64,000 nt of DNA from Bacteroidales bacterium (GTDB lineage: Bacteria > Bacteroidota > Bacteroidia > Bacteroidales > JAAYJT01), in the NCBI GenBank assembly GCA_012522795.1, contig JAAYJT010000029.1, forward strand, positions 67,525-131,524. Reading direction: 5' to 3'. Of the stretch, positions 17,869-27,066 are shown piece after piece (position 1 is the stretch's first letter; each line of letters begins with the position of its first letter). The position numbers were made by a program, and so were the translations under genes. The notes beneath the pieces are model-generated. The model had not been told where the DNA came from and ran no database searches. It saw nothing but the letters and a program-made list of their open reading frames with translations.

Positions 17869-18714
17869 TCAGTAATCGCCTATAGTTTCTACAAGCTGTG
17901 AGAGGGCTGACTGCAATTGTGCATCGTTGGGCGGTGAGCCGTGCCATTGATGGCGGTCTTCCATGAAATCTACTCCCTTTCCCATTATTGTATGCATGAG
18001 TACCATTACCGGTTTTCCTTTGCCAGTAAGTGCTTTTGCCTGTTCCATTGCCGCAAGCAGCTCTTTAACATCATTTCCGTCAGTTTCAAGTACCTGCCAG
18101 CCAAAGCTTTCCCATTTATTTTTAAGGTCTCCTAACGGCATAACTTCATGCAAAGGACCATCAATTTGTTTTTTATTGTAGTCAATTACAGCTATCAGGT
18201 TATCCACTTTTTTTGCAGTTGCAAATATAGCTGCTTCCCACACCTGACCTTCCTGTATTTCTCCATCTCCCATAAGTACATATACATGGTAAGGGTCCTT
18301 GTTCAACTTTTTGCTTAAAGAATATCCAATAGCTACTGAAAGCCCTTGTCCCAGCGAGCCTGAAGCAACCCTCACTCCGGGCAACCCGTCGGCAGTGGCA
18401 GGATGCCCCTGCAACCTTGAATTTAGCTTACGGAAGCTTCCAAGTTCAGCTATATCAAAATAGCCGCTTCGTGCAAGAACACTGTACCAGCCCGCTGAAA
18501 GATGTCCGTTCGACAGGAAAAAAACATCTTCTCCCATGCCATCCATTTTAAAACTGGCAGGATCATGTTTTAAAATTCTTAAATAAAGCGCAGCAAAAAA
18601 TTCAGCACAACCCAATGGCGCTCCGGGATGTCCGGATTGTACGGCATGAATCATCCTTAAAACATCCCGCCTTATCTGCGATGCAAGATTACTTATCTCT
18701 TTTTCTGAGTTCAT
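17869..18714 (-). CDS. Transketolase, N-terminal (TPP-binding) subunit
   Basis: SGHPGAPLGCAEFF, GSLGQGLSVAIG and MGDGEIQEGQVWEA motifs. Confidence 0.9.
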   Translation of the reverse strand: MNSEKEISNLASQIRRDVLRMIHAVQSGHPGAPLGCAEFFAALYLRILKHDPASFKMDGMGEDVFFLSNGHLSAGWYSVLARSGYFDIAELGSFRKLNSRLQGHPATADGLPGVRVASGSLGQGLSVAIGYSLSKKLNKDPYHVYVLMGDGEIQEGQVWEAAIFATAKKVDNLIAVIDYNKKQIDGPLHEVMPLGDLKNKWESFGWQVLETDGNDVKELLAAMEQAKALTGKGKPVMVLMHTIMGKGVDFMEDRHQWHGSPPNDAQLQSALSQLVETIGDY

Positions 18715-19006
18715 AAAATTGAATAAATTACTTATAAACCGTAAATATGAGGGTTCAAAAATATATATTTTATCCGGATAGGTTATCTTTTTAAAATTGA
18801 ACTTCTGGTAATTATGCCTAAACTATCTGGATTTTAATATTTTTCTAAATTTTTAAAATCAGAATGACGGAAAGTTTTTGACAATACAAACCTTAAGCCC
18901 AGCAAATAGTTTTTTGCAAATGCTTTGAAATTCATACAAAACAAAGAACTTTGCGAAATCGTTATATTAAACCGTTAAATACCCCAAAACTCAAATTTGC
19001 TCTGTA

Positions 19007-21979
19007 ATGAAACTTATTTTTAGGATATTTCTGCTGATAGCTTTAGTTAATTGTGGTTCAATTAAATTGACTGCCCAAACCAAACATGGATTTATTCATG
19101 AAGAAGAGCAGGAGAAACAATGGGTTGACTCGGTTTATAATTCATTAACCATTGATGAACGCATAGCCCAGCTTATAATGGTGCGTTCGTTTTCGAACCG
19201 CAATCAGAAATATACCGATTCCATCGCCAGAATGCTGGCAAAATATAATATTGGCGGGGTTATATTTTTTAAAGGAACACCAGTCTCACAGGTTCAGATG
19301 ACCAATAGGTTCCAGAATGCAGCTAAAACTCCGTTGTTAATTGCCATGGATGCTGAATGGGGACTGGCAATGCGCCTCGACAGTGTTATCAGTTTCCCCC
19401 GACAACTTGCTCTGGGTGCTATTGAAGACGATATGCTGATCTTTGATATGGGGTTTGAGATTGGAAGGCAGCTTAAACGGCTTGGAGTGCATATAAATTT
19501 TGCTCCTGTGGCAGATGTGAATGTGAATCCTTTGAACCCTGTGATAAACAGTCGTTCGTTTGGTGAAAACAGGATTTTTGTTGCCCATAAAGCTCTTGCC
19601 TATATGAAAGGATTGCAAAACATGGGTGTAATAAGCGTAGCCAAGCACTTTCCGGGACATGGCGATACCGATAAAGATTCGCATTATATTTTACCACAGA
19701 TAAATAAGCCTTTTTACGAAATTGACAGCATACACCTTTTCCCTTTTAAATATCTGATAGAAAATGGAATAGCAGGGGTAATGCCGGCTCATTTATCAGT
19801 TTCTGCCATTGATCCTCGCCCAGGATCAATTTCAAGTCTGTCACCTCTGGTAGTCAATGATCTGTTAAAAGAGAAACTGGGTTTTAAAGGTCTGGTTTTT
19901 ACTGACGGGCTGGAAATGAAAGCAGTGGTTGACTTTGCTTCTGCAGATTCAGTTGAAATCAAAGCCCTGCTTGCCGGAATCGATGTTTTGATCTTACCTC
20001 TGAATGTTCCAAGAGCAATTACAAATATTAAAAAGGCTATTACCACCGGGCTTATACCCGAAAACCTCATTGAAGAAAAATGCAGGAAAGTACTTAGCTG
20101 GAAATATAAAGTAGGACTTGCCAATCATGAAGAAATACCAATTGAAAATCTTTACAACGATCTAAACACACCTGAAACCGAACTTATCTACAGGCGTCTC
20201 GCGGCATCATCGCTGACGCTTCTGAACAATAATGACAATCTGATTCCAATCCGAAGTCTTGATACCCTCAAATTAGCTTCAGTAGAGATCGGATATTCAA
20301 AAAACACAAGCTTTTCTGACAGATTAAAGAATTATGCTCATGCTGATGTGTTTACTATTGAGAAATCGGCTTCAGTAGCCGGTTTTAATGAACTACTGAA
20401 TAAATTAAAAGCTTACAATCTGGTATTTGTATGTGTGCGAAACACGAGACAAAATCCTCCTGAATACGGCATAAACAGCCTTACCCGAAAATTTGTCCGG
20501 AACCTTTCGGAAAAAGTAAAAACAGTGATGATACTGGCAGGCAACCCATACAGTCTTAGGTTATTTGAAAATGCTGAAAATCTTAATGCAATCATGGTTA
20601 CTTATCATGACACCGACCTCAGTGTTGATCTTACTGCTCAGGCGTTGTTTGGAGCCATTCAGGTAAGTGGTGAATTACCGGTTAGTCCTTCGCAAAATTA
20701 TAAAGCCGGTGATGGGGTAAAAACTGAAGAATTGAAAAGGTTGCAATATTCAATTCCTGAAGAGACAGGCATCAGATCGGAATGGCTGCAAAAAGCTGAC
20801 TCCATTGCATTGAAAGGTATTGTTGAGAAAGCCTATCCGGGTTGCAGGGTTCTTGTAGCACTTGAAGGAAGGGTCATTTACGATAAAAGCTTTGGGCACC
20901 ACACTTACGACAGAAAAAGAAGGGTTAGGAATGATGATATTTATGATATTGCTTCAATCACAAAAATTGCAGCTACTACATTGGCTGTCATGAAATTATA
21001 TCAGGATAACAAGCTTGATGTTGATAAAAAACTCTCATATTATCTGCCGGAGTTAAAAAACACGGATAAAAACAATATTGTGATCCGCGATATTATGGCT
21101 CATCAGGCAAGATTACAATCCTGGATACCTTTTTACAAGAAATACCTTAAAAACGGTAACCCTGACCCGGCATTTTTCAGTAATACTAAAAAAGGGGATT
21201 TTGTTGTAGAAGTTGCAAGAAATCTGTACATGGACAAATCGCAGATAGAAAAGATCTATGATAGTATTGCTGCGTCGCCATTTTCAAAACGCAGAGGATA
21301 TCTTTACAGCGACCTTGGGTTTTTCTGGCTGAAGCAATTAGTGGAACGAATTGCAGGAGTTACCATTGACGAATATGTGTATGAGAATTTTTACAAACCT
21401 TTGGGAATGAACAATACAGCTTTTAATCCCCTTAAAAAATTCGATACTGAAAGAATTATTCCTACCGAAGATGACCGTGAATTCAGAAAGCAATTGTTGC
21501 AGGGTTATGTTCATGATCCGGGAGCAGCCTTGCTGGGAGGTGTTGGCGGACATGCCGGATTATTCTCTTCTGCCAATGATCTGGCTGTTTTAATACAAAT
21601 GATGATGAATAAAGGTTATTATGGCGGACAGCAATTTCTTACCCCACAAGTGCTTTCAGAATTCACACGCACTCAGTTTCCGCTCAACGATAATCGGCGT
21701 GGAATGGGATTTGACAAACCTCAACTGGTGAAAGAGGCTAATGGTCCTACCAGCATCTCGGTTTCAGCTTCAAGTTTCGGGCATTCAGGCTTTACAGGAG
21801 TTTATGCCTGGGCTGATCCAAAATACGAGCTTGTTTATATTTTTCTTTCGAACCGGGTTTATCCTTCAGCCAATAATGGCAAAATCAATAAGCTAAATAT
21901 CAGAACCAATATTCATCAGGTTTTTTATGAAGCTCTTGAAAAAAGGGATAATCAGGGATATGACCAGATGATACACTGA
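19007..21979 (+). CDS. GH3 beta-N-acetylhexosaminidase-like domain fused to a serine beta-lactamase/transpeptidase-fold hydrolase
   Basis: The N-terminal half has KHFPGHGDTDKDSH (GH3). The C-terminal half has IASITKIAAT (SxxK) and a class-C-like pattern. Signal peptide present. Confidence 0.8.
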   Translation: MKLIFRIFLLIALVNCGSIKLTAQTKHGFIHEEEQEKQWVDSVYNSLTIDERIAQLIMVRSFSNRNQKYTDSIARMLAKYNIGGVIFFKGTPVSQVQMTNRFQNAAKTPLLIAMDAEWGLAMRLDSVISFPRQLALGAIEDDMLIFDMGFEIGRQLKRLGVHINFAPVADVNVNPLNPVINSRSFGENRIFVAHKALAYMKGLQNMGVISVAKHFPGHGDTDKDSHYILPQINKPFYEIDSIHLFPFKYLIENGIAGVMPAHLSVSAIDPRPGSISSLSPLVVNDLLKEKLGFKGLVFTDGLEMKAVVDFASADSVEIKALLAGIDVLILPLNVPRAITNIKKAITTGLIPENLIEEKCRKVLSWKYKVGLANHEEIPIENLYNDLNTPETELIYRRLAASSLTLLNNNDNLIPIRSLDTLKLASVEIGYSKNTSFSDRLKNYAHADVFTIEKSASVAGFNELLNKLKAYNLVFVCVRNTRQNPPEYGINSLTRKFVRNLSEKVKTVMILAGNPYSLRLFENAENLNAIMVTYHDTDLSVDLTAQALFGAIQVSGELPVSPSQNYKAGDGVKTEELKRLQYSIPEETGIRSEWLQKADSIALKGIVEKAYPGCRVLVALEGRVIYDKSFGHHTYDRKRRVRNDDIYDIASITKIAATTLAVMKLYQDNKLDVDKKLSYYLPELKNTDKNNIVIRDIMAHQARLQSWIPFYKKYLKNGNPDPAFFSNTKKGDFVVEVARNLYMDKSQIEKIYDSIAASPFSKRRGYLYSDLGFFWLKQLVERIAGVTIDEYVYENFYKPLGMNNTAFNPLKKFDTERIIPTEDDREFRKQLLQGYVHDPGAALLGGVGGHAGLFSSANDLAVLIQMMMNKGYYGGQQFLTPQVLSEFTRTQFPLNDNRRGMGFDKPQLVKEANGPTSISVSASSFGHSGFTGVYAWADPKYELVYIFLSNRVYPSANNGKINKLNIRTNIHQVFYEALEKRDNQGYDQMIH

Positions 21980-22032
21980 ATCATATCCCCAAAAATCTTC
22001 TTTAAATCTATAGCCGATAAACCGGAATAAGG

Positions 22033-24093
22033 TTAATTCACCTTGAACAGATCGTCCTTAAGTTTGGAATTAACTTTTACTGACAGCACTTTCATATCAA
22101 AAGACTGAGGACCACTTGTCTGTTTAATTGAAAAGGGGAACTTCACTTTGCTGACCTCTCTATAATCAGCAATTTCAGTTACGCCATTTTCACTGATTAA
22201 CTTGATTCTCAAACCCGTTTCAACATCAAAATACTGAGTTTCAGTCTTTGAGGTAGGATATGTAATCTCAACCTTATAGGCTTCCTTTTCTCCAACAGTT
22301 TCAATTCCCTTCAATTCGCGTTTGATATTATATTTATCATAATACAGTTCAATATTCATAACGGACTGAAACTTTAAATCCTCAAGCAATTCTCCTTCAA
22401 TTGGCTGCTCACCCATAGGAGAGGTAACTGTTCCTTTAGTACCATCAAAAATTTGTTTTGAGAATATTGTTCCGCCACTTCCCATTTCCATCCTGTATTT
22501 ATCCGGAGCTTTCAAATAGGTGTCAATATTCAGCGACATCCCCTGGATTTCAGAAATAGCCGAAATACTGACATCTTTTATCCCTTTAAGGTTTTTCTCA
22601 CCGCCAATTGCATTTATATAAGCTCCAATGACTTCATCGGCATTCATACCTTCCGGAGCAGCTTTAAGTTTTTTAGCCGGATCATATTCATTGCCATCTT
22701 CATCAAAATAAAGGATCTTCCCTGTTGAAGAAAATCTTTTTAAGCCTTCAGCAATTTCTGAAGCATTTCCAACTACAAGAATATTGACATTATTTGGCAT
22801 TAAATATTTATTTGCTGCTTTAAGTATATCATTTTCATTTATGGCAGACAGCCGCTGGAGGTAAGTTGTGTAATAATCGGCAGGCAAATCATAACGGGCA
22901 ATATTCAATGCAAAATTTGCGATGGTCTGAGGATCTTCAAGCGAAAGAGCAAAATTCCCGTTCATTTCATTTTTGAACAGATTTAACTCATTTAATGGAA
23001 CAAGCTCGTTTTGCATACGTCTGATCTCAAAAAGGATTTCATTCACAGCACTATCAGTGGCTATGGTTCTAACGTCAGTATTGGCTACAAACGATCCAAC
23101 AAGTTTACCGCTGCTCAGGCTGGAATATGCTCCATAAGTAAATCCGTGGGTTTCGCGCAGGTTATTAAACAATCGTGAGGTGCCACCGCCCAGAATACTG
23201 TTCATAACTCTTGCGCTGATAATATCTTCAGCACCCGGTTTCAAATCAACAGGATAGCCAACCCTGATAACCGACTGCACAGCGTTTGGACGATCAACAA
23301 CAGCCACACGTACACCTTTTGGCGGCATAGGAGTTGGATAACTATGCTTCGGTACCAGGCCCCGCTCCCATTTGCCAAAATAATTCTCAACTATCTTCTT
23401 TATTTCATCAAACTTAACATCACCTACAACTGCCATATAGGTAATTTCGGGTTTATAGTAAGTATTGTAAAATCTCTCACAGCTTTCAAGAGTAATGTTT
23501 TCAAGACTTTTCTCAGTAATGTTCAAACCATAGGGATGATTGTTGCCATACAACAACACATTGTTAACCCGTGCTGCAACAGATGATGGCTCATTTTTAC
23601 CAGCCATAAGTCCTGACAAAGTCTGGGTTTTTACTCTGTTAAAATGTTCTTCTTCAAAACGGGCATTGATTATAACATCAGCAATAAGCTCAGCCAGTGT
23701 TGAAGTATATTTTGAAAGTCCGGAAGCATATAACCCACCGGCATACACACTCATGGAAGCTCCTATGAAATCAATTTCTTCATCAATCATTTCCTTAGTA
23801 CGGTTTGCTGTAGCTGTTCGCAGTATTCCGCCTGTAATATCTGTCAAACCTGCCATTTCTTTGTCAAACACAGGGTCGTAATCAAATACGAGTGAATAGG
23901 TTACGCGAGGGACTTTGCTATTTTCTACCACAAAAACACGCAAGCCGTTATCCAGGGTAAATGATCTTGCTTCACCAATTTTAATTTGTGGTGCAGGACC
24001 CGGTTCAGGCATTTTTGAACGGTCAATCTGAGCATAAGCTGCTGAAAATATCGAAATTGCCAGTATTGTAAAAAATATCTTTTTCATTGTCAT
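22033..24093 (-). CDS. M16-family peptidase homolog lacking the HxxEH zinc motif (probable non-catalytic partner)
   Basis: Insulinase-like layout with a signal peptide. GLTDITGGIL occupies the position of HxxEH. Confidence 0.7.
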   Translation of the reverse strand: MTMKKIFFTILAISIFSAAYAQIDRSKMPEPGPAPQIKIGEARSFTLDNGLRVFVVENSKVPRVTYSLVFDYDPVFDKEMAGLTDITGGILRTATANRTKEMIDEEIDFIGASMSVYAGGLYASGLSKYTSTLAELIADVIINARFEEEHFNRVKTQTLSGLMAGKNEPSSVAARVNNVLLYGNNHPYGLNITEKSLENITLESCERFYNTYYKPEITYMAVVGDVKFDEIKKIVENYFGKWERGLVPKHSYPTPMPPKGVRVAVVDRPNAVQSVIRVGYPVDLKPGAEDIISARVMNSILGGGTSRLFNNLRETHGFTYGAYSSLSSGKLVGSFVANTDVRTIATDSAVNEILFEIRRMQNELVPLNELNLFKNEMNGNFALSLEDPQTIANFALNIARYDLPADYYTTYLQRLSAINENDILKAANKYLMPNNVNILVVGNASEIAEGLKRFSSTGKILYFDEDGNEYDPAKKLKAAPEGMNADEVIGAYINAIGGEKNLKGIKDVSISAISEIQGMSLNIDTYLKAPDKYRMEMGSGGTIFSKQIFDGTKGTVTSPMGEQPIEGELLEDLKFQSVMNIELYYDKYNIKRELKGIETVGEKEAYKVEITYPTSKTETQYFDVETGLRIKLISENGVTEIADYREVSKVKFPFSIKQTSGPQSFDMKVLSVKVNSKLKDDLFKVN

Positions 24094-24104
24094 ACCTCCT
24101 ATTA

Positions 24105-25427
24105 TTATTGTGATTTAGGTAAATAATGTAAAACCACACGGTTATCTTCTCTCAGATATTGCTTTGCCACGCGGTTTAAATCGTCACGAGTAACTTTCAT
24201 ATAGCGGTCAATTTCGGTATTTATCAGCCCGGCATCGCCATAAAAAATATGATACTCGGCCAGATTATCGGCTATTGACGACATACGAGCATTGGAAGTG
24301 ATAAAACTGGCTTCCTGCATATTTTTTGTTTTCTGAAATTCACGTTCGCTAATTCCTTCATTAATAACGATTTTTATCTGTTCGTCAATTGCCCTTTCAA
24401 GATCACCTGCTTCAACACCCATATTAGCTATTCCAAAGACCAGATAAAGCCCCGGATCGGCAAGGGGGAAAGGGAAAGAAAAAACTGCAAGTCCTTTTTG
24501 TGCATCGTCAACAATGGCTTTGTACATACGCGAACTCTCTCCGCCCGAAAGTATATTTGTGAGCATTTCAAGAGCATAGCTGTCCGGATGGCCTTTTTCA
24601 GGAATACGGTATGCCTGAATAACAGCAGGCAATTGAATATTATCGTAAACAATATCTCTGATCTCACCCTGCAAAGGAGGTTCAACAATCTGAGGACGAT
24701 AAAGCTCAGCCTTGCCTTTTGGGATATCGGCAAAATATTTTTCTATAAGCTTTCTTGTGGCTTTCACGTCAATATCACCTGCAATCACGAGCACTGCATT
24801 ATTCGGAACATAATAAGTTTTATGAAAATCCTGGAACTCCTTAAGCTGAGCCTGATCAATATACTGAACTGAACCTATTGGCAACCAGTTAAATGGGTGT
24901 TTGGTATATGCATGTTTGAACACTTCTTCAATTATCGAACCATAAGGACGGTTATCATAGCTCTGGCTACGTTCTTCCTTTACCACACTGCGCTGGGTTT
25001 CAACACCTACACTGTCAATAACAAGATGCAACATGCGTTCAGATTCCATCCATAAAGCCAGCTCAAGCTGGTTTGAAGGCAAAAGTTCATAATAATGGGT
25101 TTTATCCTGCGAAGTATAGGCATTGACCTGCCCACCCGCATTCTGTACGATTTTAAAATACTCGCCACGAGGAATATTTTCTGAACCTTCGAACATAAGA
25201 TGTTCCATAAAATGAGCAAAACCAGTGCGGTCAGCTCTTTCGTTCTTCGAACCTACATGATAGGTAACAGTTACAGCCACAACCGGAGTAGAATTGTCCT
25301 GATGTAAAATAACATGCAATCCGTTTTTAAGATCGTACTCTTCAAAAGCGATCTTACGCTGTTGTGCTGACAGCATGAATGTAAACAGCAATAATGCCGT
25401 TAAAAACCATAATTGTTTGAATTTCAT
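24105..25427 (-). CDS. M16-family zinc peptidase (pitrilysin-like)
   Basis: HFMEHLMFEG inverted zinc-binding motif, with a signal peptide. Confidence 0.85.
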   Translation of the reverse strand: MKFKQLWFLTALLLFTFMLSAQQRKIAFEEYDLKNGLHVILHQDNSTPVVAVTVTYHVGSKNERADRTGFAHFMEHLMFEGSENIPRGEYFKIVQNAGGQVNAYTSQDKTHYYELLPSNQLELALWMESERMLHLVIDSVGVETQRSVVKEERSQSYDNRPYGSIIEEVFKHAYTKHPFNWLPIGSVQYIDQAQLKEFQDFHKTYYVPNNAVLVIAGDIDVKATRKLIEKYFADIPKGKAELYRPQIVEPPLQGEIRDIVYDNIQLPAVIQAYRIPEKGHPDSYALEMLTNILSGGESSRMYKAIVDDAQKGLAVFSFPFPLADPGLYLVFGIANMGVEAGDLERAIDEQIKIVINEGISEREFQKTKNMQEASFITSNARMSSIADNLAEYHIFYGDAGLINTEIDRYMKVTRDDLNRVAKQYLREDNRVVLHYLPKSQ

Positions 25428-25608
25428 AATAATAAAAGGATTTAAGATAAGATAGAAATAAAGATAAACTGACAGGATTTATTTAGATAGTGCAAAAGTA
25501 TTAAAATACAAAGCATTAAATGCTCCGATAGCTGTTAAAATTTCCTAAACCAGCTAAGCAATCGTAAAAGTCAGTATTGTTCTAAAAAAATGTCTTTTAT
25601 AAAGCAAA

Positions 25609-26124
25609 TTATCGTTTTCTGAAAACAGGATACAGCATATTGTCCTTAATTACCAAAACCAGAGCAATGATATAAAAGCTGTCCATTAACAACAGATATA
25701 AAAATTTCTGAAATTCAGAGCTGTGATATGCAGTGAGAAGTATGAGAAAGATAACCTGAAATAAATAAAATATTCCAAAATTAACAAGCAGTGATTTTAA
25801 AGCTGATTTTCGGTTTAATACAAGAAAAAGAAACAACTGCCACGACAGTACAATAACAAAAGGCTGCAAAATACCGCCAAACGCCTGAGGATAAGAAGCC
25901 TTACGATTGTCAATCAAAGTCCTGACCTTGAACTGATATGTTGTTTCTACTTTTTCAACTTCAACACTTGTATCGTTTTTAATGGTACTTAAAACCACAT
26001 TGGAACCAAAAGTCACCACTCTGGCGTAAAAAACCTCAATTCCGTTTTGCCATCCAAAAAACACAATGATGGTAATGAGGATAAGAGTTATTATTTTATT
26101 GCGTGTTGAAGTCAGTAATGACAT
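25609..26124 (-). CDS. Small polytopic membrane protein, candidate exosortase-F-associated protein
   Basis: 171 aa, about 4 TM helices, immediately downstream of the exosortase-like gene. The assignment rests on context only. Confidence 0.4.
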   Translation of the reverse strand: MSLLTSTRNKIITLILITIIVFFGWQNGIEVFYARVVTFGSNVVLSTIKNDTSVEVEKVETTYQFKVRTLIDNRKASYPQAFGGILQPFVIVLSWQLFLFLVLNRKSALKSLLVNFGIFYLFQVIFLILLTAYHSSEFQKFLYLLLMDSFYIIALVLVIKDNMLYPVFRKR

Positions 26125-26217
26125 TATTATTGAAATTTAGAATTATTGTTCACATCCATATATCCACTGTTTCGAATCCGGAAGCTTATTCATAACATTG
26201 TGTTTCAGGATATTAAT

Positions 26218-26775
26218 TTAAATTTTAATCGATCTGTAACGCCACATCCATATCAGGAAAACAAGAAAGCCAAAAAGAATATTCCAGACATAATCATGTA
26301 CCTGATGAAAGATGTCAACATAATACTTTCCAATAAATCCCATAGTGTAAAACCTGAAATTATTGACAATAAAGACTGATAACATAAACACTATCAGTGT
26401 TATAAGTCTTTGATACCACTTTACTGGCGAAAGAATACTAAGATAAAAAACGAAAATATAAAAAGTATATGCTGTACATTCCATTATTACTTCCATAGTG
26501 TAGCCAGCTACCGTAATTTTTGGAAAAGCTGGACTTTCTACAGGTATAAATAACAACTTCCCGAATTTCACGGCTGATTCTAATGTAAACTTCACAAAAA
26601 AGTCTTCCACCGCCGGACGAATTGATGGTAGATGCAAAACTGCATTGGTTATCAGCCATAGCAGAACAGCGAACAACAACGGTAGGAAATGTTTTAGGAA
26701 ACTGCGATAAGCTTCCTTTTTGCTTTGCTTATCGCTATATTTTTTTCTTCTCTCTTTCTTACTTTTTGATGACAT
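26218..26775 (-). CDS. xrtF: Exosortase-family protein (XrtF-like)
   Basis: 185-aa membrane protein with the ordered exosortase triad contexts: Cys (VIMECTAY), Arg (IVNNFRF), His (DIFHQVH). Confidence 0.55.
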   Translation of the reverse strand: MSSKSKKERRKKYSDKQSKKEAYRSFLKHFLPLLFAVLLWLITNAVLHLPSIRPAVEDFFVKFTLESAVKFGKLLFIPVESPAFPKITVAGYTMEVIMECTAYTFYIFVFYLSILSPVKWYQRLITLIVFMLSVFIVNNFRFYTMGFIGKYYVDIFHQVHDYVWNILFGFLVFLIWMWRYRSIKI

Positions 26776-27066
26776 TAAAATTCCTTGTTAAAATTATAAT
26801 TAAACTGCCTGCGAACTTCAAAATTAAAAACTTTTCATCTATCACTGATTATTTTAGCAGAGAATTTAACATTAAACTAGCCAAAAGGTTTTATGCATGC
26901 AATATATTCCATTAATAATAGAAACTATGATCAACTATTGATTTCTAAATAAAAGTTCATCCTAATAAAATTAAAACGCAGAATTTAGGCTTAACATCTC
27001 TGTTGAACAAATTAAGCTGAACAACATATTTAATAATTGTATTTTTGCCGAAAATTATTTTTTACA

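Noticed and set aside
16844-18714. Split transketolase as a possible disrupted gene
   Set aside because: The two-gene N-terminal/C-terminal subunit arrangement, with intact motifs and a 65-nt gap, is a common natural organisation.
22033-25427. Tandem M16 peptidase genes as a recent duplication
   Set aside because: This is the typical heterodimer-type pair. Only the 440-aa protein keeps HxxEH, and the sequences are highly divergent.
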